Below, one piece after another: positions 12,248 through 23,800 of a DNA stretch of 31,272 nucleotides. The position numbers were made by a program, and so were the translations under genes. Source of the stretch: Bugula neritina (Eukaryota; Animalia; Bryozoa). Below the pieces are notes generated by a model, which was not told where the DNA came from, did no database searches, and was given only the letters and a program-made list of their open reading frames with translations. Each line of letters starts with the position of its first letter. Positions within the stretch are counted from its first letter, which is position 1. Location of the stretch: assembly GCA_964035545.1 (NCBI GenBank), contig CAXIUT010000156.1, positions 29,163-60,434 on the forward strand. The letters run 5' to 3'.

Positions 12248-12788
12248 TGAACTTTGAATTCCTTTCTTCAATTTAAAGATTATAAACTCTCAACACTAAA
12301 ACAATCTAAAAAGCAGTATTTTCAAATTATACAGTGGAAACTTTATATCTCAGCTCAAATACATCTTTAAGAAAGAAATAGATCATTTGCTATCTCATTA
12401 AAAGCTTATTTTTTAAATATTTTCAAATGATCATAGAAGCTGCCTTTAATAAAATCACATTATTTATCTGTTTTCTGTATAAGAAAGTTTTGAACAAGAA
12501 ATAACCTTGATCTAAATCAACTTTCATTTCAATAAATCTTCTCTTTTAAGAATAGAGAAAATGAGCTGCTTTAAATTTATTTTTAAACTGAATTGAGTAA
12601 AACAATCCGTTTTTGATATAATATCAAATATTTTATAATGATAACAATTACTAAGGATAGTTCAGAAACTTACAGACACAGAGTAAGATTTTTTTGTTAT
12701 TGAATCATCAACATTAATAATAATTCATAGAAATAAGTAGTTAGCTTTCGATAACATGAAATTTAAAAATAAATATCACAAAAAGGAA

Positions 12789-13439
12789 TCAATGATGTTT
12801 ATCTTTTTCTTCAGTTATTTTTTGAAGTGAATTTTTCAATCTACAGTTGCTTTAGAGCATTTCTAAAACTCTTTGAGAATCCTTAAGATTTGAAGCTTGA
12901 CTTGTACACTAAATCTAAGACGGAGGTCTCACATTATTTATATGTCTGTATTTAGAAAGATAAGCAGTGCTTTCTCTTCTGCTACTTAAATTAGATTTAT
13001 TACTCTATCTATATTTACTACTTGATTTCCTTTCTCGCGAATCTTGATTCTAATTAAAATCAATAGAAGTCGCATCAGTTCTTTTCATCTTTAAATCTTG
13101 TTATTTATAATTTACTGATAGTAAATTGTTTTAAATTTCCTTGAAATTATCTTATTGACTTATGACAGGTGGTTTCACTAAACTTTCTGATTTATTTTTT
13201 GATAAAGAGTTTTATATGTCTTATTGTATTTCTTTAAATCTTGAAGTTTTCTGCATTGCAGGAATTTGTGGTGATGATTAAATCGGTTGAGTAGATATAG
13301 TCTTTCCTAAATTATCACCTTTCAATTATTCTGATCGATCTTTATCATTTGTAATAAATAATTCCTTAGAAGTTACTTTGTTTTTAGTTTCTTCAAAAGA
13401 CTTTCTTTGTTCAGGGTCTTTGCTCCAACATGTCCCCAT
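12789..13439 (-). CDS. Unknown protein, 216 aa, N-terminal MGTC; paralog family member
   Basis: Open frame from ATG 13439 to TGA 12791-12789. Starts MGTCWSKD and contains RRESTAYLSKYRHINNVRPPSEIE. Confidence 0.8.
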
Positions 13440-13628
13440 TTTCGAATCGATACTTATCTATTATTATAACTTAATTTTCTCTTATGAATAAAAGTTCATT
13501 CCATTAATAGGCTATCTTATATTATTACTTCAAAAATTATCTATCTTTTGTTCTTTTTATCATAATATTTAAGAAATATTTAATTATTTTACAATAAATA
13601 AATCATAGGATCTTACTTGTAAATAATT

Positions 13629-14638
13629 TCAGCTTTATAAGGAATAACCTTGTCCTAAAAACCATTTATCCTTCTCAATTGGTTCCTTGATTTAATCTTT
13701 AGTATTTTAACTGTACTATTCACTCAAATATCCAGATATATTCATGATAACTCCATCTGGATATTTTATCTTTAAAACATGAGGATAATACCCATCTGTA
13801 AGATCACCTAGAATTTTAATTCCATCTTTACTAGAATATTGAAAAAAACCTATTTCTTAAAACAATACCCCATTTCTATAAAAAGAAACAGATATCTTTT
13901 ACAATTAACATAATCTATGAACTCCAGAAACCATCGTAAACTTTTTACTACCAAATTAAGTCATCAAAGATTCATTTAGCTATGATATTCTTTTTATTAA
14001 GGATTCAAACTAAAATGTATTTGGTGTTCTATAATTAGTTTTTGATTATTTTATTTGCTTTTTGATATTAGAAACATTGATTTATCCGACTATACGATCG
14101 CCTTACCAAAAAGCTCCATTGCTATTGAGATATGCTTACATTTACTAATATATTTTAGTCAATTTTTGATTTTATTTTTCAGCTTTTTGCTTTTTTATCA
14201 ATAATTCTGATGCATTTTATAATGTTCCTTTAATTATTGCATTTTATGACTTTATTTCTTGCATTTCCTTATTCAATTTCTAAATAAGTATAAAAGTACA
14301 TAAATTTATTCCCTTTGTTTCGTCATAACTATTTATTGGGTAAGCACTCTTTCTTTCATAGAATGATAAAGTTCATGATCTTTATTATTTTTGAGTTATT
14401 TAATGTTTCTGTCAAAAGATTGTGTTTGAGAGGCTTCAGTTTCTGTTGTTTGAAAAATATCTGAGAGAGTACACTTTCCATTGGGAATTAATTATTTTTT
14501 TATTCTAGCTGGTTGACTAGGCTGACGAGGTTTGTTGAACTAATGATATTTTTATGACTATTTTTTCATGATATCTTTTTTTTGTTTTTTAAGCCATTCT
14601 TCTCTTGTCTTGAAATCTCCTTTACTAAAAAAACTCAT
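13629..14638 (-). CDS. UBXN11: UBXN11 (Socius)-like SEP-domain p97 cofactor, 329 aa, 2 exons, no C-terminal UBX domain
   Basis: Coiled coil, then EMEAYLNSNGAFWEG, SEP-like FYRNGVLF...DLTDGYYPHVLKIKYPDGV and an SHP-box-like FLGQGYSL just before TGA. Intron 14280-14299. Confidence 0.8.
14280..14299 (-). other. Spliceosomal intron, 20 nt (GTACTTTTATACTTATTTAG)
   Basis: GT..AG. Removal joins the ATG 14638 frame to the SEP-domain frame. Confidence 0.9.
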
Positions 14639-14686
14639 TTTATTTATAAAGAACTATTATAACTTATCTATAGAAAATCTAAATAA

Positions 14687-15355
14687 TCAAATTTCTTAAT
14701 TCTGATTTTCTTAGTTAAAAGAATTCCAATTCCATCCGCAAATATTCTCTTAATATTGTATCTATCTTCTAACTTCTTGTTTATTTTTGATCTATTGAAC
14801 TTTCTTTCTAAAAAAAAATCTTGCAGTTTTTTATTCAGGTTTACTTATTTTCTTACATGTCTATCTCATTGACCTTATCAATTATCCATTATTTTCTTGG
14901 AAAGTTTGCCTTCTTGCCTTTTCAGCTTACATTGAAAGCTATTTCTTTGGTGATCTTCGAGCTGAAGGTTTCACTGAGTTCACCTTCAAGACACTTGAAT
15001 CATTATCTTTCCTAAAAAGCTTCAAAGTTTATCTCATTGTTTTTTTGCCTATTTTTTCTTTTAGTTTGTTATTTATTTATTTTTCGTAATCAGAATGTAC
15101 TTTATGTACTCTAAATTTTTGCTTTTTTTAGGTAAAGAAAGGTTCTGTTTCAGGATTAACAAGAGTATTCATAGGCATGAAGCTATTATTGTAATTTTAA
15201 AAAAACTACTAAGCTGTTTTAAAATTGCTTATCTTCCTGGTGGAAAAAAATTCTTGAAGTCTAAGCTTCGCTAAATTTCCTGGTTTTTTATTATTCCTTT
15301 TCTACGTAGGTGAGTGCTATATTCTTATCAGTTTGTTGCGTGTTTAAAAACTCAT
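14687..15355 (-). CDS. Unknown Lys/Arg-rich protein, 222 aa
   Basis: Open frame from ATG 15355 to TGA 14689-14687 fills the gap between neighbouring genes. No recognised domain. Confidence 0.7.
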
Positions 15356-15443
15356 AAGCTCGATTAAAAATTATTATTTAATTGTAATGTATTTCATCAG
15401 GAAAAATTAATTAAAGAAACATATAATATAACAGCATAAACAA

Positions 15444-18400
15444 TCATCTGAGTTCTTTTACGCAACGGATAAGGTATTATGGAGCTACTTTTTGTTTAAC
15501 AGCTGTTTAATCTGACTAATTTTCATTATATTGTCTGAATTAATCTGAATTTTTTTACAAAGAACGAATTCCCCACTCCTATTATCTCTGAATATTGTTC
15601 TAGGAATTATCACTATCTCCATCTTAATATCTATAGCTTTATTCATCAGAATCTTAACCAAATCCTAATTCTTTTCTAATCCTTGGAAAGACAAAATCAA
15701 AAAATTATCCTGCTTTCTTTCTTAATTAATTTTAAGATAACTATTATTTTTATTTTTCTTGACGAATCTATTCCTCACTTTTAAGTTTAAACAAAGATCG
15801 AACAAAAACTTCAAATACCAACATTAACAAGATAAATATAAGTAATCCTGTACAAATATAACTAAGAACAATATTAAAACTGATAAAATTTTGTTGATTA
15901 TTAAATTGAATTAAAGCAAGGCCCAAAAATAAGAAAGCTATACAACTTTCATTGATCATTTCAACTATATTTGTTAATCTTTTCTTAAAAGGTAAATTAA
16001 GTAATATAAACAAAGCCATAAGAACTGAAGTAAACATAAGAATCGGAAGTGCATACATAGGTCTAGATGAAAAAATACCAATTACTAATGCGTAGACTAT
16101 TTTTCTGAAATAACGAATCATAATAAGAAAAACACCAAATTGACTTGTTTTATCAATACCTCGATAGAAACATCTAAGATTTTAAGAATGTTTTCCTTTT
16201 TTTATATTAGGAAAATGACGATGTAACTTAATTCCAGCAAATATAGGAAAAATTAAATAGATTATTAGACAAAGTACACAAAATGTATTAGAAAGAGGTC
16301 TTCCAGGATTTTATGCCAAATGATAGATTTAAGCAGCAGCAAAAAGAAAAACACTTAGATATGTCAAAAAGAATACATCACTTACATAATGCCATCTAAA
16401 TCTAAGTAAAGTATCATATATGAATCTCTTGATTTTAGGATAATTTTTCATACATTCTTTAACTTTTTCAACTCTAGCATTCAATTCAGCAAGAAGTTTA
16501 AAGCATAGATATATAATGATAACAATGATGCCAATAGTTAAGGCAGGACCAGCATTTCTTAAGAAGTTGTTATCATATGTATAGGCATAGAAAGGCTTAG
16601 ATGAAGAAGTTCGCTCCTCGCCTTGACTAAACATGTTAGGAAAAGAGATGAATAGAGTTGATTAAAGACCTCTTAGGAATTAATCCAAAGCTGGAGGATA
16701 CTGAATTTATAACAGAATCACAACATATAGAAGTTGAACTGTGTCCCATAGTGTGTAAAGGTGTGAAATTCGATTTTTGAATAAGAATATCAAAGTTAGC
16801 AGCAATATGAACCATCCTAGTCCAAAACCAAATTGGCTAGCCATTTTTCCTTGATAAATAGTATCGTATTAATAAGTAACATAGGTTGGTAGTTCAAGAC
16901 TAATATTAGGAGTCTGTAGAGGATAATTAGTTTCGGCTGAGACAAGGTTATGCGCTGGAAGCATGAAGTTTATTTTGTTAGGCATACTATTGACTTTCAA
17001 GATAAGATGTTTCAAGTTGTTGCTATCCATATTATATTGAAGACCAGTAGTTGTCAGAAGTCGACTGGTTGCTGTTGTTAGAGTGTACATATTTGTTCCT
17101 CCATTGACCCACGTTTAACTCTAATTGAAACTAACGACTATATTCATTATATTCGACTGAATGAAACTAATAGCATTCATTCCCATGAGAGATTTGGGAG
17201 GATTAGTAGAAAAGTTTTGACAAATCATGCTTTAGCCAACATATTGATTACTTTCACAACTATAGAGGCAAGATCTATTTTCTGTGAATAGATATTTTTC
17301 AGAAGAACAAGTACTTGAACAAGTTTTCAAGTCACTATCAGTATTATAAGTTGTGGGACATGATAACTGTGGTATGCAAAATTTACCATCCTTTTTATAG
17401 AGATCATTAGGACAATATTGGGTGTCGTTAATGCAGGTAAGACTATTGTACATCAAATAACCTCCCAAACACTCACTGCAACTTGATGAACTAGCACAGT
17501 CAATGCATGGAAAAGAACAAGATAGACACGATCCATCAGATAGATAAGTTCCTGTCGGACAACTTGATGAGCAACTACCTTGATACTGCACTAGTCCTCC
17601 AGTACATCGAGTGCAATATGAAGTTGAAAGAGTGCATTCAAGGCATGGTGAGACACATGCTTAGCAAGAAGTAGTATTTAAGTTGGCAAATGTTCCTGCT
17701 GGACAACTGCTATAGCAATATCCATTACTCATATAACCTGTTATACAGGAAAGACAGTAATATTGAGAGGTACAAGTTTTACAGAGGCCAGAACATCGTG
17801 TGCATATTTCAGTAGTATCAGAATAGTATTATGAAGGGCAAGAAGATACACAAGATCCACTATTGAGGAACAAATTACTTGTACATGAGAGGCAGTAAGT
17901 TGAGTTCCGACATGATGCACAAGGAGAAGTGCATAGGGTGCATGATTGTGCTGTTATATTGAGGAATGTATTAGAAGGACAGGATAATAGACAGGATGAG
18001 GTGTTAGTATAAAAATAGGTACCTGTGACGCAAGTTACACATGAACTAGCTGTTGTACAAGTTTAACAAGGGAATATACAGGCTTCACAGTTTTGAGATA
18101 CTTGGTAATATCCAGCTGGACAAGATGTAATACAGTCATAAGTATTGACTGTTAACCTCACCAGATAATAGTTTGTTGCACAAGACTGGCAGTTAGAAGC
18201 TGAAGAGGTACAGGTGAGGCATTTACTATCACAACCATCACAAGCTGTTGTGGTTGTATTGGCAAAATAACCAAGAGGGCAATCAGATATACAAATGTTA
18301 GTCACTGTATAGAGATAGGTTCTGTTTGCGATACAAGAAAGACAAAATGTTGAATTAGTACATGTAGCGCAAGTAGATGAACACTGAAGACACTGTTGGG

Positions 18401-21400
18401 TCACATTTTCTGAATATGTTCCATCAGGACAAACTGACTTGCATGTATTATCCACTGTTGATAAAAAATTACCATTTGAACAGGTTAGACAATATGTAGC
18501 TGAATTGGAGCATGTTAAACAGTTTGAACCGCAAGCTACACATGTACTGGTATTGGAATTGAGATAAGTTGTATCAGGACATGTAGAAATACATCTACCT
18601 TGAGATAAAACTCCTTCTTGACAACTAGTGCATTATATACTTGAAATACAATTAGCACAAGGAAACAAGCAAGATTGACAACTACCACTGACGGTATTGA
18701 TGTAGTATTGAGATCCACAGTTAGTTACACATTAATTTGCTGTTGAATTGATTGATTTAACATAACTGCCACTTTGACAAATTTGACAAAATAAAGCATT
18801 AGTACAAGCTGAACATCCTGTACTACAAGCCTGACAGTTTGTAATGCTGCTATCGAAGAAATAACCTGATCCACATGAAGTACTACAAGATCCACCAGAA
18901 AGCATATAGCCATCAACGCAAGATAAACAAAAAGTTGCATTGGTACAAGTTGAACATGGAGAGATACAGTTCACACATAGAGATAGTCCGTTAGATGTGC
19001 CTGCGAAAGTAGAACTGGAGCTACAACTGGCAACACAGTTATTGTTTTCAAGTAGTGTTAGTGAATTATTTGAATAACAACTTGTACATTTAGTTGGTGT
19101 AAACTAACAAGTCAAACAGCTAGAATCACAAGATTGGCATGATAGCTGACTGATATCTGCATAGTTTTGACTTGGACAACTCAGAGAGTTCACACATTAT
19201 CCATTAAGTAAGAAATTAGTTGAACAACTGAGACAATATGTATCATTTAAACAAGTTTGACAATTACCAACACAACTCTGACAAACTTGGTTAGTACTAT
19301 TCGCATAATATTGATCAGGACAAGAAGTAATACATGTACTATTGAAAAGATAATAGTTTGTATTACACTATTGGCAATTAGTAGACGATTATATACACTG
19401 TTTACATCCAGTGCCACATGCACTACAAGTTAAATCAGCATTATTTTCAAAATAACCAATCTGGCAATCAGTTATACAGTTATTATTGAAAAGATATCTA
19501 TCTTTGCATGAAGTACAGTTAGATGAAGAAATGCTACAACTTTCACAAGGATATGTACAAATTGTGCAAACTGAAGAACTATCTGGATAATAGCCTGTAG
19601 GACATGATGAAGGACATGTATTGTCATAGAATACTAAACCTGAAGCACATGATGTGCATCTAGTACTCAAAAGAAGACAATTCTAGCAGCTAGAGTCGCA
19701 AGATTAACATTTAAGAGTTGAAAGATTAGCGTACATAGCAGTAATACCAACTGATGATTCACAACTATCCACGCAACTGTTATTTGTTTAATAGTAAAAA
19801 CCTGAATTACAACTGAGGCATCTTTGCTGATCAATGCATTAATTACATCTTCCGACACATTTTTGACAAGTACTTGTAGAATTATCTCCATAATACTGAT
19901 ATGGGCAACTGGGTAGACACTGACTATCAGCTGTCAGAAAATATCCGCTAACACATGATTGACATAGGCTAGAGCTTGAACATGTTGAACAAGGAGATAC
20001 GCATGTTACACAACTCAAATTAGATGATAGTGAATATGTGCCTGAAGGACAGGTTTGAACACAAGTATTTTGACTACCAGCTGTTGAATTAACATAGATA
20101 TAATAGCCACTTGAACATGAGTAAACGCAATTAGCATTTTCAGTGTATAGATTCGACATTTGACACTTTGTACAAGTTGAGGAAGAACATTCACTACATA
20201 GAGAATTACATTTTTTCAATTCAAGAAGAACTTATTGAAGAGCCAAAGGAGTTGATGATGAAGAGAATGATAAAGTATTGTCTATTTTTATTGAAGTAAT
20301 TTCTTGTTGGCTCAAATGAAGATGATATAATGATGAAGAATTGGAACAAAGAGCATATGCTTGGCTATTTGATGTTGATGTTGAAAATGCATTATTTTGA
20401 ATTCCATCACTATTTGTCCATTCTATGTTAAAAGAAGTCGAAGCTCCAACTGAAAAAATCTTCCATTTGATAGTCACTTGATAAGCTGCTAAATCTTTGA
20501 TCGATAAGGTGATAGTAGTTCCAGAATATAGAAAATTATTACAATCCTGACTTCCAGCTGTTGTGATAGATGAGGCTGATGGAAACGAGTAGTAAAGTTG
20601 ATACATCGAATTCGATAGGTAATTCGATGGTAGACACATCTGATTGAATAGATTAGAGTTACTTTGACAGACTGTACATGATCCAAAATGCAATCCAGTA
20701 CATGTACTACAAAGTAATGAACAAGGCAAGCATTTTCCATCGCTAAGATAGAATCCACTTTGGCAAGTTGAACAAGTTGTGGCTGTTTGATAATTATCAC
20801 AGTTATCAAGCAGAGATGTTGCTTGTTGACATGATCCGCCTGATAGAAAGTATCCTTAATTACATGTTAAACAGGTACTAGCTGATCCACATTTACTACA
20901 TTGAGAACTACAACTAAAGCAACTTCCTGAAGCTACATAGAAACTTGTTTGGCAAGCTGTACAGTATTGCTGGTTTGAGAAGAATACACAAGAAGAACAA
21001 TTTGCTTTTGTACAGGGATAGCATGCTGAAGTGTTCAAATAATAACCTGTTGAACAAGAAGTACATACTGTGTTAGAAGATGGACAATTTTGACAATTAG
21101 ATGGACAAGCTAAGCAGAAAAGAGAATTAGATGTGAGATGATATCCGCTTGAACATGAAGTAATGATAGTTGCGCTTGAGCAAAGTGAAGCTCCAGTCGC
21201 ACAATTTTTACATGTAGCTGTCGAAGAATCTAAATATGTAGCTCCAGTGCAAGCTGAGCATTTAGATATACTATTGGAGATGACACAGCTTGAACATTTA
21301 TAACTACAAATGACGCATGTGCCGTTAGACATGTAGAAACCTGGGGCACAAGATGAACAAGTTGTTTAAGACGAACAAGTCTTGCAATTGTGACTGCAAG

Positions 21401-21608
21401 GTCGACAAGACCCACTAGATTCTACTAGTTTAGTATAACCGTAGTTTGCAAAATTTTCTGAAGAAATCCATGTTTATGAATTACTTTGTTGACAGTAAGT
21501 GTTCGAACAAGGTGAGGCAAAGCAACATCTTTCGACTGAACATTGAGAATTAATTTTGGTAGAGTATAGGGTAAAGACTATGAGGATTAAGAGAGGCTTC
21601 CAAGACAT
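15444..21608 (-). CDS. Furin-like Cys-rich repeat, multipass membrane protein, 2054 aa
   Basis: Signal peptide MSWKPLLILIVFTLYS. Dozens of CxxC..C.xGYY repeats; ten ORF-track fragments from 15768 to 21332 share one frame. Several C-terminal hydrophobic helices and an acidic tail. TGA at 15446-15444. Confidence 0.92.
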
Positions 21609-22442
21609 TCCTTGATTAGAAATTTAAATTTGCTAGAGATATAAACTATTCAAAACATCTTATTTTATACAAAAGAAAAAATATTCAAATAAATAAAGTA
21701 TTATGAAGAAAAAAATGTTAGATTGTAGTTAATTAATCTTTGAACTTATAAGATAAAAATTTAGATTAATATTTGATATAAATATAGTATTTTAAAAAGT
21801 AATATCTAAAAGAATAGTTTATCAAATGGGCGAAAACGAATGAATGGATTTAAAGAATGTCAAATTATTCCAAGATAACTATCTATTTATTTGGAAAAAA
21901 CAGTATCAAACATAGAGAGAACACTTAAATAAAGGCATCAAAATCAATAAAACTAACTTAAAAGAGAATATATCGTTAAAAATAGAAGTAAATTCAAACT
22001 AAGTTGATATTAAAAATTTGAAAGTAAATAATTTAGTGATAAAATAAATACAATAGAATCATTGAAGTTGGTTAATTAAAAAAAAGAATAAATAGATTAG
22101 TTTTACTGATATTAAGAGTAAAATAGTAAAAATAATCGATTAGGATGGAACTATTCGATGAATAAAAGTCTTCAAACTATTGAAATAAAAGAATTCTTTG
22201 AGAATAAATCATAATCTTTTGGCAAAACATTTCTTATTAATATTGAAAAGAATTATTATAAATTAAAACTGTAAGATAATAAAATAGGAGAGAAATGATT
22301 TTCAAGAAGTTTAATTATTTGTTTCTTTTAATTCTTTTACCTTAATTCAAGTATTTTATCAAAGTGAGAATATAAGAATTAAAATATAAATTGAAGCTCT
22401 TTTATAAGTATTAATCACAATATTATCTTGAAATAAGTATAA

Positions 22443-23711
22443 ATGGAAAAAAAGGCAAGTCAAGGAGAATTTCATTTTCGTTCAAGCTATATAAGTTCTT
22501 CTTCAAAAAAACTCAGCTAATAAATTGTTCCTGATTCAAGTGAGTAAGAACTTTAAAAAAATGAAATGCTAAGATCTAATAAAAAAAATGAAAGTTTATC
22601 AAAACAATCATCAACTAAATTGATATCATAGCTTAAATCTTTTTCTTAGAGTTAGTAGCTCGATAAAAATAGAACTAAAACAATTAAAAATATGAGAGAA
22701 AAAAATCAAATGTAATCATTCTTAAAATTTAGAATTGACTTTATCCAAATTAGCATAGAATCTTTAAAGAACTATCATGAATAGTTATTGAGATAAAACT
22801 CTGAACTAACAAATAAAAATTAATTCTTCAAAAAATGTACTTAAGAAAAGTAAGAAAAATTTGAGGAATACCAAAATAATATCAAAGATAAAGATAAAAT
22901 TATTATTCACCAAGAAAAATAAATTTAAAAGTTAAAAAATGACAGGATAAATAATAAATAAAAAGAAAAAACTATCTAAATAAAAAAACTTAGAGAATAT
23001 CTAAAAGTCAAAGAATTTTAAATTTAAACTTCTTATCAAGAGTTTAATAAGTCAAAAGAAATAATTGAATAATTAAATTTAAAGATGGCTTCTTTAAAAG
23101 GAGAAAAAGAAAAACTACAACTACAATTATCTGAACATAAACTAAGTATATCTGAACATAAATTAACTATATCTGAACAAGAAAAAACCATTTCTATCTT
23201 GAAAAAAGATAAATCTAGTTATTTTATGCATATTCACAGTCTAATGGTTGAAAAAGCTCAAAAATTAGCTCAATAAAATAAAATTAAATAAGCTGTAGTT
23301 AAAAATTAAAATCAAAATTCTTCAAGCAGGAGTTCAGAGTCAGAATCAATATTTATTTTTTTATAAAATTTCAAAAATTAACAATTTATGAACTAATTTA
23401 GACAAGAAGCTTTTTAGGAGCCATATATTACATATGTACATGGATCTAATTCATCAGGAAGTTCATCAAATAGAACATTTTTAATGGAAGAAGAATATTA
23501 CAGACTCAAGTAAAGACTAGAAACTTGTGAAAAATAATATTAATAATTTTGTGCCTCATATACTAAATTAAATTTAGAATACAAGTATACCTTCAATTAA
23601 AATAAAATCTTAGGAAGAAGAATTAACTAATTATTAGAAAACGAGAAAATGCTCATTAAACAAATTAATTCCTTCCATGAATTATAATCGAAATCTATTA
23701 AAAATAATTGA
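22443..23711 (+). CDS. Unknown coiled-coil protein, 422 aa
   Basis: Open frame from ATG 22443 to TGA 23709-23711, including ORF 23085-23276. E/K-rich heptads. Confidence 0.8.
23128..23179 (+). repeat. In-frame 21-nt tandem repeat (about 2.5 copies) encoding heptads LSEHKLS/ISEHKLT/ISEQ
   Basis: TATCTGAACA recurs at 21-nt spacing three times. Confidence 0.8.
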
Positions 23712-23800
23712 TTTAAAACATATATGCTTATTATTCAATAGAATCTATTTAATTTAACTTAATATTCAAAAAATAAGAATGATGATAATATTTATAATTA

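Noticed and set aside
12250-12780. Possible extra gene or upstream exon between the paralogs
   Set aside because: Minus-strand frames examined are broken by TGA, and no 20-nt intron linking to the 12247 gene was found.
17232-21500. CRISPR-like or DNA tandem repeat array
   Set aside because: The periodicity is protein-level Cys repeats with divergent DNA. The context is eukaryotic, with no identical repeats or spacers.
21826-22240. Plus-strand ORFs of about 50-75 codons in the divergent intergenic region
   Set aside because: Very AT-rich, no recognisable motif, and lengths are expected by chance under a one-stop code.
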